A stretch of 63,703 nt of DNA, filler included, from Reclinomonas americana ATCC 50394 (Eukaryota): NCBI GenBank assembly GCA_048213135.1. It is 16 parts of 16 records of this genome, joined end to end, with 100 filler letters (N's around TTAATTAATTAA, not from the genome) between each part and the next. Parts side by side here need not be neighbours in the genome. Positions count along the whole stretch, not along the records: positions 39,114 to 42,641 come from AFZH01020514.1; positions 42,742 to 56,985 come from AFZH01020515.1; 14 more parts are not named here. One strand, written 5' to 3'. Within the stretch, counting starts at the first letter, position 1, and every line of letters starts with the position of its first letter. The translations under genes were made by a program, and so were the position numbers. The notes under the pieces were generated by a model. That model saw only the letters and a list, made by a program, of their open reading frames with translations, was not told the DNA's origin and ran no database searches. Positions 39,184-51,053 of this stretch are shown piece by piece.

Positions 39184-41645
39184 ATGAGCGCTGCCAGTGA
39201 GGCCTTGTCATCCTCCTCGTCCTCCTCTGCTGCAGGCGCGAGTGGCAGTGGCAGTGGAGGAGGAGGAATGGAGCAGAGTGGCGACTTGTTTGATTTGGCG
39301 CGTGAGAGGCGAGAGTTGCGGCAGTCGCTGGAACGCGACCCGAAGAAGGCTGTGCCCACCTTCCAGCAGACACGCGGTCTCAAAGATATGCTTTGCGATC
39401 CCTTTTGCCTTGCGCATGTGTGTGTGTGTGTGTGTTTATCTCATGCATTGCGTGTGTGTGTGTGTGCATTTGAGTACTGCCTTCTGCCACGCATGCGCTG
39501 GAGTTGTCGGAGCTGCTGGAGGTGCCAGGCTCTGACATCTACAAGGGACTCTTTGTGCATCTGCGCGCACTGGTGGAAGACGGCATTCGCAGCTGCGACC
39601 AGGAAAAGTTGTGTGTGCTTGTCAATCAATGAGAGGGAGTGTCTTCGATGCCTCCTCACCACGCCGAGTGCAGACTGCTGCCGCTGTTGGAACGCACTCT
39701 ATGTTTCCTGTCGCACGAAGAGCTGCGAGTGATTCCCATCTCCATTCTGCTGAAGTTGGATCGCATCGAGGAGCACGTGCTGAAGAGACTGGTGACCGAC
39801 GAACGAGGTCAAGCCGTGCCGGTGCGTCTCGCGCCGACTGCTGTTGTCGTGAGATCGTTGTGAGAGTGTCTGATCAGAGAGGGGAGACACGCAGTCGTTG
39901 CCGGCTGCGCTGCCGATTGAGGTCAAGCGTCGCATCTGGGAGAACGACAAGGATCGCTTTCGACAGGAAGTGTTGCGTTTTGTAACTGGGTGCCTGCCTT
40001 GTCTTCTCGCATGTACCCACTTCGCGATCTGTTGTGTGCACCAGTTTTCCACTCTTTCACCGGTACTTGGAGCACGAGAGCAAGATGACGGCGGAGAAAG
40101 TGGAGGACCCGCGGTTACGTCGCCAGGAGAACGACGTGTTGCGCACGCTGGTTGAAATGGTCGGCACCTCCACCCGCCTGTACGAGTACATTCGCACGTT
40201 TGTGCGTGGCCTGTACGTGCGCTTCACGCAGAGCGCCTTTTGCACACTGCGCTACGAGTTGCTAATGGCGTTTCACGACGAGAATCGGAAAGAGGTGCGT
40301 GCATTCATGTGCTTGTGTGCTGGTCCACCTCGTGCTCATCTGTTGTGTGTGGCGCCAGATTCTCGAATCCGACAAGTGTTACAAGTTTGCGTGGGGCCTC
40401 GACGGCTGGCAGCGTGTGTGGCTAATGGATCAGAAGCGCGTGACGGATCTCACCGAGTTCCTGGCGCCTCTGGAGGGCGGTGCGTGCGCATTTTTTCATG
40501 TCACCGAGTGAGCTGCGTGAATTCACTGCGGCGCCGGCGTACAGCCGACGGAGGTATTTGGTGGGGCGACATTGGCATGATCATGGCCACGCCGTATGTT
40601 CTTGACGTCGCCGTCGGCAACATCTACGAGCTGCTGCAGCGACTGATCGAGCAGCAGAAGCTGCCGCGAGTTGCGGCCGCTCTCCCCTTTTTTTCCCCGT
40701 CCTCTTCATTGAGCGCTCTAACTCGCGCGCGTCGCGCTTGCTCACCAAAAACACAGCACGACAAGGTGCTCCTGTTCTTGTGTCGACTGCTGACACTTGC
40801 CACGCGAGCCCTCAGCCTCATCAAGGAGGGCAGCGGTCGCTTCGTCGAGATCAACGCCAACATTGTGCACAAGTTCCTGCCGGCACTGGTCGGCGTGCTG
40901 GTGGACGACAAAATGCGAGAGCAAGAGGGCGATTGTCCACCGCTGGATCCCGACCTCCCGAGCCTGGCGGCCTCGGACCCAGTGGCGGCGTTGGTCTGTG
41001 TAGCGCAGCTGTGTGCGTCTCGATTTATCGTTCTTTGACCGTTGTGCTGGCTGTGGGTGCGTAGATCTATCTGGAGCACGCGCTGCACTGGGTGGAAGCC
41101 GACGATGTGGAGCGGTTGCGCGAGGTGTTGCCGAGTCTGCTCACGCTCGACAGCTCGACCATGGTCCACACGCACTTTTACGACAAATTGCTGTGGAAGT
41201 TGTGGCACAAGGTGCGCACACTCCTGTCCGCACGCACACAACAATCGGGGTGTCGTATTCAACAACAGGCGTGCGCTTATTTGTGCAGGAATGGTGTGAA
41301 ACGGCGCGGTTGGTGATTGAGGAGTTCTTCTTGCGCAAAATCGACGACTACGCCAATGTGCTGGAACCGCTGCTCACTATGTTGTGTCACGTTGCATCCT
41401 CGTATCCCGCCGACCGGCTGGAGGAGTACATGCGACGATGCCGCGAGAAGAGGCCGCCTGCCGAAGGCGACCAGCAAAAAGCCTTTGACTCGCTGGTGGC
41501 GCAGCTGCAAGCTGCCGTCGTGCCCGTGCGACGGCGGTCCAGTGCGTCGGCCAGTGGTGTGCCGGGCAGCACGCCAACCCCCACGCCGACGCCACATGTC
41601 ATACCCGCGGCGTCGACGTTCAGTGGCGAAGAGCTCCCGCAATAA
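39184..41645 (+). CDS. NELFB: Negative elongation factor B (COBRA1)
   Basis: DPKKAVPTFQ, LPIEVKRRIWEND, RRQENDVLRTLVEMVGTSTRLYE, FCTLRYELLMAFHD, CYKFAWGLD and WGDIGMI match conserved NELF-B blocks. Confidence 0.88.
39386..39477 (+). other. Candidate AT-AC (U12-like) intron in NELF-B
   Basis: Starts ATATGCTTT and ends TTTGAGTAC; removal gives RGLKVPSATHAL, colinear with the NELF-B NGVLLPSLQSAL block; a GT-AG alternative (39377-39474) exists. Confidence 0.5.
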
Positions 41646-41757
41646 TTGTACAACGAACAGAATGAATGGCTCCCGCGAATAATCGACGTATCATCTCGGG
41701 CTAGCAAACGTGCACTCATTAACGAAACCATAAAAAAACATCAGACACACAACATCA

Positions 41758-42641
41758 TTATCTTGAATGCAGACTTGCCCGCGACCCGTCCAGACTGCCG
41801 CTGCTACTGGATGTTGGCGACGGGCTCGCCTCCTCTGCGCCGCCATTAGGAGCCGCACTGTGCGCCATGAGCTCATCCGCGAGTTGCTTGCACAGCACTA
41901 CCGTGTGCTGCGTCGCAATGTGCAGCACCACGAGTGCGATGCGCTGCCGCTGCTCCTCGCCCTCCTCCAGCGCAGTGAGTAACGACATGGCGCCAAGCAG
42001 CATGCGATACTCGGCGTACATTGCCGCTGTGTATGCGCGACGTGTCAACAGAGATGACGAGATGGAGGCGGTGCGCACCCCAAGCACCAACCATGGTCGT
42101 CGATAAACACGCGGACAGTTCCATCGCGAGAGCCTGACGCAAATCTGCGACAACCAAGCGCACGCGCGGTGGATTGGCCAAGAGAGATAAAGGAGGCAGG
42201 AGACAATACACAAATGCATCATCACACCTTGCATAGTCTGCACACCAGGCCACCGACACGACCTCGTCGGTGTGGAACCCCACGGCACTCCACACACATT
42301 CGCCCGAGTCGGGATCCCACATGCGCACACTTCGATCCCACGAGCACGACAGCACGAGCGGCGACGCTAGTGACCACGCGACATCGTTGACCCAGCCAGT
42401 ATGACCCACCAGCACTCGCTCCACAGACGCCGACTGCATTCGACACGGTTATTCGGCAGCGACGGGCAGAGAGACGCCACGCACGCACACGACTCACCTC
42501 CAGATCCCACACACACAAAGTACAGTCGTCGCTGGAGGACACGGCTCGTCGGTCATCGGGCGACCACGAGACACCCCACACGTAATCGTCGTGGCCACAC
42601 AAGACGCGTAGACATTGCGGCTCTTCGTCGGGTGGCACCAG
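41758..42641 (-). CDS. WD40-repeat protein (3' part; 5' end in gap)
   Basis: GHDDYVWGVSWSPD...CVWD, GHTGWVNDVAWS...SWDRSVRMWD, FASGSRDGTVRVF. Confidence 0.85.
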
Positions 42642-42741
42642 NNNNNNNNNNNNNNNNNNNNNNNNNNNNNNNNNNNNNNNNNNNNTTAATTAATTAANNN
42701 NNNNNNNNNNNNNNNNNNNNNNNNNNNNNNNNNNNNNNNNN

Positions 42742-44228
42742 GTGTGGCCCCCCATTGCTGACCCGGAGTTGCACAGTTACAATGCCATCAAGGGCGGCTA
42801 TTGCAGTGTGTGGACCTCGTTCGGCAACTTTATCCAAGAGTCCGACACGCTCATCAACTTTACGTACGGCTACGTGCGCACGCTGATCAACATTGTCGCC
42901 ACACTGATTGTAGCCTTTGCGGCGAATGCACTCGGTTCGCCGTGTTTATGTGACAACTGCCACGCAGCTTCGCCATCTTACTACTCACCACGCAGGTCGC
43001 TGGGTCGGTTCCATCTGGAAGCCGTTTGCCGGTCTCTCGAAGCGAGTCCACCTCAACGACGACGCACACATGCAGTTTTCGCTGACTCGTGAGGCCGTGC
43101 GGGTGAGTGGTGGTGGTGGTGGTGGTGGTGATGGTGATTCTTCAAGTATGTCATGAACCCACATTTCCTGAGCTGCAGGAGGACCCAACGGGTGGTCTTG
43201 ACGTGGACGATGAAGGCCGTGGAGAGCATCTGTCGCCACTCGGTTCCTCCATCTCCATGTTCAATCTGCAGCGCAGCGACACCTCACGGGCACTGATTCG
43301 ACTCGGCAAGAACACGAAGAGTGTGGTCGAGGCCGACGAGCTGTACCTGCAGAGCCTCCAGCGCGTTGCGTGGACGTCGGTGTCAACAACCCTCGTGATG
43401 GAAGAATGCCACTTTGCTAACCCACTGTCGCAGAGCATCAGCAATCAGTCGTTGTGGTGTGGTTCGAGTCACCTGATTGTGCTGGCGGTGTGCTTCAGCG
43501 CCATCATTGCAGTCATGTTACGTTTTTCGAAACAACACCCATTGTCAATCAACAGGACGCTAATGCTCTCCACCGCTGCATGCACAGAATAAGCGTACAT
43601 GCACCATACGTACCGGCAAACTATTACGCAGGCTCGGGCGTGTTCGGTGGACCGAGTGTGCAGTACGATTTCAGAATCTACATGTTTTGGACGTCGGTGT
43701 TCCTGTCTGTGTCTGGTGCCATCAGTGGCGGGTACGTGCACTTTGGTCGTTCCCATCGCAATGCACACAAACTGCACTCCATTCACCTTCGCACTCTCGT
43801 AGCATCATTGGCAACTACGGCATCAAGAACAGGCACTCGGTGCAGTGGGGAACATTTCGTGTCAACATGGTCTCGTGCATTCTCATAGGCATTGCACACG
43901 ACCTGCTGCTGCTGCGTCAGTCGTTTCCCAACGGCAACGACCCACACCTCGTCCTGTTCCTCCAACTGTTGCGTGGCGGTCTGGCGACGTAGTTATCAGT
44001 GATGTTTCTCTGCCTGACACACGGCGACGCAGGTTCATCTCTGATTTCTGTGGCAGCGAGAGCTCCTTTGCCGGTCTCATCGATGAAACAGTGGCCCTGT
44101 GGCAGGCACCGATTCCACGCAGAATTGTCGTGCTCAATCTCTTTTACAATTTGCTATTGTGCATTCTCGTCTTCTTCGCTGTGGTGGGCGGTGTCACATT
44201 AGTTTTCTTTCAAAATGTATATTTCTAA
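42742..44228 (+). CDS. FEX/CrcB (Fluc)-type fluoride exporter with two CrcB-like domains (5' end in gap)
   Basis: GGYCSVWTSFGNFIQES and DFCGSESSFAGLIDET resemble the GFCGxLTTFSxF motif; GTFRVNMVSCILIG resembles GTLxxNxxGxFxxG. Confidence 0.7.
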
Positions 44229-44269
44229 TATATTTACATCGCGTCCTCCACCCACACACACGAGCTCGC

Positions 44270-47200
44270 TCATCCGACCTCGTGGTGTTTTGTATCTGCT
44301 AATACCTCGCGCTCCACGACCCACTTCGTCACCACCTTGTTGAAATCCTCTCGCTTGAACGGCTGGCAGAGGAGAGAGAGTCGAAGCCAGTGTCAGTGTT
44401 GACGTATAACGAAGCAGTGTCAACAGTCCACAGCAGTACCTTGGTGAGCACATGGTCCATCCCACACGCAATACAGTACTCGATCTGTTCCGGCTGCGCA
44501 CTTGCAGTCACTGCAACTATCGGCGTCCCTGTACGAGAGAACGAACGACCAAGGTCAGAAAAAAGGAGTGCAATCATGCAACGCTGAATCAAGCCGTAAC
44601 TGAGTAGGCCGCACTGTTCCTCGACGACACGAATTCTCCTCGTAGCCTCGTATCCATTCTGCCACACGCAGAGACTTGACGGTGAGAACCAAGGCAGACA
44701 AAGCACAGTTGCGCACACACACACACACCATCACCGGCATCATGCAATCCATCAGTACAATATCGTAGGGATTGCAGGCTGAACACGCAAACGCCACGAC
44801 GGCTTCCTTGCCATTCGACACAGTGGTGACATCGCATGGCGGTAATTTCTCGAGTTTGCTCAGCATGCACTGTACAATTCGCCTATTCACCTGCACATAG
44901 CACACCGATAAGGACATGCAACTTTGTCGACGCAGTAGATGCACTCTCGGTGCACGCAACATTGTTGTCCTCGGCAAACAAGACGCGAACGGGTCTTCGT
45001 CGTGGCCATGGTGAGTCGTCTGCTTCCGGGACTGCTTCTGGCGTCGTCGAGGCTGCAAGAGGTGCGTTCGAGCTGCCAGCAGTCGCCTCCACCGCGGTCC
45101 ATGTGGGATGATGCACAATGGCCGAAGCAGCGGGTGCCGATTCTCTGGGCGACGTGGCAGGCGACGATGGCGCCGCTGGCGCAAGTGTACTTGGTCTTGG
45201 TGAGGTGGGTGGAGTGACAATGCCCATGTCCAGAAACGGTGAGTTGTGATCCAAGCTGAACCGCCGGAGGCACTGCAAGTTGCAGTGTGACAGATGATTA
45301 ATCTTAACCACTGATCACACGAAGCGTAGGGATTGACAACAAGTAGCAAACCAAGTCGGAGCTCCACGATACCACATCCACCGGAACCTCTACGGAGAAC
45401 ACGGATCCGACACCAACTGAACTGGCGACCGAGATGCTGCCGCCGAGCAGTCGAATAATCTACATGTACCGGTATACACAATCCGCGAAGATAAATGAGT
45501 AACTGCGTCAGTGCACTCACAGCGGCGAAACGCACCGATTCGCAGATCGGGAGTCCGAGGCCAGTGCCTGTGACCACTGACTGGTTGTACGCCGAAATGT
45601 GTTCACCAATCTGCACGAAGCATGTTACATCAGCTCATTTGCCAACAAGTATTCGACCAGCAGGAGTGGAGACGTACCTGAATGAAAGGCTCAAAGATGA
45701 CGCTCAAGTGCTGTGTACACGCCAGTGTCAGCAAAAGGAGGACGAATCACTTGCACTGCCAACATACCTCTTCGCGAATACCCGGCCCGTCGTCCACAAT
45801 GTCAAAACGCACGCGTGCCGAAGAGCCCGCCGGTGTGTCGCCGTCAGGTCCATCGCTCGCACAGTTCCAAACATCTACGCGCACCCAGGAGCGCGCGTAC
45901 TTGACGGCATTGTCGACGAGGTTGAGCAACACCTGTGTTAAGATTAATACCACATCAGTCATCATCGCACCGCTACGCACAGTCAGCGAAGACATGTTTC
46001 CCCCCACCTGGCGCAGCCGATGCGGATCCGACCGAACAACAGCTGGCGGCAGGTACAGCTCGGGCGTATTGACGGCTGCCAGACTCGGTCGCCGTGACGG
46101 ACGATCGGACGATTGCAGTTGTGGCTGCTGTTCCGCATGCAGGAGCACTGGTGTCGGTGGTGACACGATCGGTGAGTGCATCCCGGACCGTGTTGACAGG
46201 GGGGATCCGGACGAGTGATGCTCGCCGGTTGCCCGTCCGTGCTCAACCTCGACACTGCAGTCGTCGGTGTCGTGATCACCCATTGAACTGGACAGTGACA
46301 AGTGGCGGCACTGTGCGCTGCCGCCCCTCAAGCAGCTTCTGCGCTCCACCGGCTGGGAACCAGCAACGGCGTGGCTCAGGGTGGAGGTGGTCGACGACGA
46401 CGGGCTGTGTGGTGCGGATTCGGGTTTGCCCACAAGCATCATTGCTGATGACGACGTGTCCAACGTCTCGAAGTCGGACCAGCGTTGATTGTGTGCGACC
46501 TTGGCTCCAGCCACTCGCTCGTGCACCTGTAGCGGCGACGATCCAGTGGACAGCGGCGAGCCGGCCCTGTACGAGGCCACTTCCAGGCACGCCTCATCGC
46601 TTGCGTCTGGTCCGAGCAATACTCGGTCCAGACGTGGCGGATTCGTCGCATACCAGCGGTAGTGCAATTCGACGTGCGCACTTTTGGCCTGCTTGACAAA
46701 CATGCGCAGTGTGTTACGCACGAGCAGCATGAGATTGAATTCGCGATCCTCGCGGGTCAGACGGCCGGTCTCGGATTTCGTAAAGTCCAGCAGCTGTAAT
46801 TACACCAGTGAGGCATTGCACCGTAATCAATCAACGGTACGAGAAGAAGACAGGGACTCACATCATCAATAATACGCTGTGGGGTACACGCGACAAGGGC
46901 CATGAGTAAGCACAGGGCAAGCATCGATGAGAGTCACCACACACAAACGGACCATCAGTGACACCGATGAGTTGCGAATGGTGAGAATGTGCTCCTGTAC
47001 CAGTCATCTCAAATCAGCATCGCTGCCAACACTGTGGCCGACTTCACCGCGTACCTCTTGTGCTTGACTCGTCCGCGTCTCCTTCTCCAACAGATCGAGA
47101 ACGGCAATCACCGCGTGCATCTACGAGACAGGAAAATCAGTGGTGACAATGGAGATGCAGCATAACTGGTAGTGGAAGCAGTGCACACCGGTGTTCGCAT

Positions 47201-49855
47201 CTGCGGTCACACAAGGCAAGCACCGTGTTAGATAGCAAGGACACAAAGAAGTGTGCTCAAGAAGAGCGACGCACCTCGTGGCTGAGCTTGGCGTAAAACA
47301 GGCGCTTACTCTCGACAGCGGCCTGCCACAGAGAGAGAATCAACGGTCAGCAAGCAAGCAGCCACTGACAACTCAGTGCCACGCAGCACTCACCGCTGCC
47401 AGTGCTTCGGCCTTGCGGCGTTCTTCGACCTCCACCAGCAGGCTTGCATTCGAATGCAACAGCTGCGTGTGATGATGCAGTGTCAACGCGTGCAAAGCAA
47501 TCTGCAAATCAATGACTTGTGTGCCTGCGCACCTCGTGTGTTCGCTGCTGAACGCGCTGTTCCAGTTCGGTGTTGAGTTTTCGTACTTCGTTCTCCGCCT
47601 CTCTCCGCTTGCTCTCCTCCATGGCCGAGTAGATGATGTTGGCACTATTGTTGAAGTGGTGGTGGCAACATGATACAATTGATGAGTGATACTGCACTGA
47701 ACAAAGAAAGCAAACTGCGGCACAGCACTGACCCAGTCTGCAGGAGTGGATCAATGGTCTCCACCAGTGCTGTATCGTAGCCCTCGGGTCGATTGGCGAT
47801 GCCGACCATGCCGACAAACTCGTTGCGCACGTACAGCGGGATTTGTGCTGCGCCACGTGTGAACAAAAACATCACTCGTGCATCATTCATCATCACTCAC
47901 TCGCTCACTCACCATACTTGTGCAGTGGTGGATGACCGGGTGGCAGACCGCCGCAGTGCGGGTGCGTGTCTGGTGAGTTGGTGATCAGTGCTTCGCCACT
48001 CAACAGCGTCACACCAAACAGGGAGTTGAGATTGCGGAATTCGAGAGTGGTGCCTACAACCATACAGCAGTCGTCTGTCAGTGAAATGCAGCACTGTGAC
48101 GTGTATCACGTCGACGCACCTTCCACGGGGTTGAGAATGGCATTCGTGGCGTCCATGAACATGCGAGTGGCCTCGTTGGTGGAGATGGTGCGGTAGGCGT
48201 GTGTCCGCATGAATGGATCCTGTGTGTTGTCAACAGTCAGCACAACAGCAGCAGCTAGCAAAGCAGAAGTGGTGAGTACGTGACGCAACGCCAGTATCCG
48301 GGTCTGTAAACACTTGGGAGATGAAACCATACTCCGAGTTGGTAATCCACAACACCTCCATCAGCAACTCAGTGAACAGCACACCGAGTGGGGCGCGGTT
48401 GATAAACTGAGTGTTGGCGTGCACTGTGTGTGTGGCCAAGACAATGACCACATAAATGAGTAGCCAGTATACGTATGACTCCAGCTTGCTGACAATCGAA
48501 AGGGACCACGCGCACTCACCAATGGCACGCAGCAAACTGTGACTGCGGATCTTGGGCGATTGCAGTGGTTGCCACACACGAGTCTCTCGGCTGTGTTGCA
48601 CAGCCGTCGGTGATAGAGTGGTGGTGGTGAGGTTGTCGACTTTGGCGGCAGCCGCCGCCGCCTTGGCAGCCGCATACGCCGCCAAGATCGTCATGGAGGA
48701 GTCGGCAGCAGCAGCAGTCGCATACGCAGCAGTGGGGCATACTGCACACTCGTCAGCAGTGCTACCAGTGGTGTTGGTGACAGCGGACTCGCTCGACGAT
48801 GCCGACGCGACCGGCATGAACATTGTTATGCTCCGCGCCGACGAGCCTCGCTGCAGTGGATGCCACTGCGCGTGCAACGGAATACCCGGCCGCACTGCTG
48901 AGCACACGTCGGCCAGCACTTGCGAGGGAAGCGCACGCACTGCCGCCGCCGCCGCCACTACCAGGTCCTCCTTTGCACCACCAGGAGGCGGTAGAGATGA
49001 AGAACGAGAGGATTTGCCCGCCGGTGTCGACGCTGACGACGACGACATTGGAGACGCAACCTCGTCGCACTCATCGGGCCCCTCTGCCGCCGCCGATTCC
49101 GTCGTGTACATGTTGGCGACAAACTTCAGTGGTGAAGTCGACTTGTGGCGCTTGGTGATGTCGGTGAGGGTGGTGGCGGTGCCGAAGGCTCCGCCGGGGG
49201 TTCGACCATGGCGCGATCGCGATGAAGCATCGTGCCGTCGCATCGCCGACGACAACTGCACCGAGTCCACCGTCGACACGCTGCCGCTTGACGACAACGA
49301 GGCGCACGAGGGGCACGACGCCGACAAAGTCGCGGTGGTCTCCGACGCAGCAGCGTCGCTCGCAAGCTCGGTCGTCACTCCCTCCGCTGCGGGAGTGGTG
49401 GTGGTCCCAGTCGAAGACCGCGTCTCCAGCTCACACCCTCCTTGCATATCCGCGATCGCAGCAACAACCGTTGTGGCAGTGGCGGTGACGGTGGTGACAG
49501 CGCTCTCGTCCACGTCAATGGTGCCCGTGGCCATGGCCATCAACGCCGATGCAGACGCGCACGACACCATGGAGCGCGAACGGACGATCGAAGAGTGCGG
49601 CGAACGACAATTGTCGGCACCATCGTCGTTCGAGTCATCGTGGATGCTCTCGAGTGCGTCGACGGCCCTGCTGCCATTGTCGCTGTTGTCGGCAAGAGTC
49701 GACAGGCCGTCTCCCACGGAGGCCGTGCCCCGACACCCAGGTTCGCAATGGGTGTGGAACTGCTGTTGGGGCGGACTAGTTGCCTTTTTTCCGTCGTCGC
49801 ACACCACGGCAGCAGCACTCTCATCAGTCAGAGTGAGCGATGATGAAGACGCCAT
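44270..49855 (-). CDS. Hybrid histidine kinase: low-complexity N-terminus, GAF, HisKA, HATPase_c, receiver
   Basis: GAF (SEYGFI, EFRNLNSLFG, GLPPGHPPL, GMVGIANRPEGYD); H-box AKLSHEMRTPMHAVI; N-box LRQVLLNLVDNAVKY; DDGPGI; GTGLGLPIC; receiver [39 protein letters not shown]. Confidence 0.92.
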
Positions 49856-51053
49856 CGCCAGTGGTACTGCAGCAGCACAGCAGAAGAGACAGAGAGTGAG
49901 CGAGGCAGCGTGCAGAGCAAGGAGAGTGAGAAGGTCACTGTGCGATCAGGAATGCAGGGACGCGCCGGTGATGCAAAGAGAATCAATTTTGTGTACAGCC
50001 ACGCCCGTCATCTCTCGCCCCTCCATGGCCACCACCACCACCACCACCACTACCACTGCTCTTCTTCAGCAACGCACCTCACAGCAGAGTGGATGAGTGC
50101 GAGACTCAATCGCTGCAGCCAATCAAACAACGAACGCGAGGCAATCGATTGGCACAAATGGCGACGAGTTGTCGTTCTCCGTCTCGGCACAGGGGTACGC
50201 GACGCACGACGCAGGGATGGTTGGAGGGGTAATGTCCAGAGAGACCCAGATGCGGGATCTTTCTTGCGCACTGCCAGCGAGCAAACCGACGAGTGGGGGA
50301 TGTCACCTCTCTCGCAACACACAAAATATTTGAAACAAGTGATTGATTGCGCAAATGACCCAAAAACGTGCGCACGCAAACTGTGGCAAGTATGCTTGAA
50401 TGACCTTTTCCGGGTACGCCTGCTTGCCCTGAACGTCGACCACGACCCCCAACCACACGGTTGCGCCGGTGCGCATCCGCTCAACCGGCCCACGACGCAT
50501 ATATTTGATCTGAAGGGGCGTACGTCGCGCGCACAATGCATGCGCATTTATCGTGTGCGCTTGTATCTCTCGAAAGCGGGTCACCAACGAAGAGCTCACA
50601 CAGGGCACAATGACAACTACAACACCACAAACAAATATCGCACTGCGCGACGATTTCGACTGAAGAATCTAAAACCAATCGACATCGCCAATTGCAATTG
50701 CAATTCAAAATGACGGCGCCGGCACTTCCGTGTGTATCGGATCGACAGACGCCGTGCGTAATCCGGTTGCAGCACAGATGCGAAAGGGGGAAAGACGAGC
50801 TCGACGCGGACCGCAGCGGTGGCCAGTTTCATGTATCATATATAAATCCGAACAAATGCAACTCGCAGCGGATGAAATAATCCACGAAAGGCACCCCGCC
50901 GACGCCACCAATCGCAGCGCCTGCCTCTCGACACAACCCACGCTGTATCTGTATTCGTATCGGCGTCCACAGGCCGAGTGCATGCACTTGTTTTCCGAAC
51001 GAAAATTCATCTGCTCACTTCACGACACGTGCCGGCCGATCGCGAGAGCACTC

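Noticed and set aside
48552..50096. 514-aa plus-strand ORF and many other long antisense ORFs
   Set aside because: Shadow ORFs of GC-rich, low-complexity coding sequence on the opposite strand.
50100..51000. Longer intergenic region with the palindrome AATTGCAATTGCAATT and a 267-aa ORF
   Set aside because: No recognisable domain, splice pattern or terminal repeats; most simply the divergent promoter region between the kinase and mannosidase genes.
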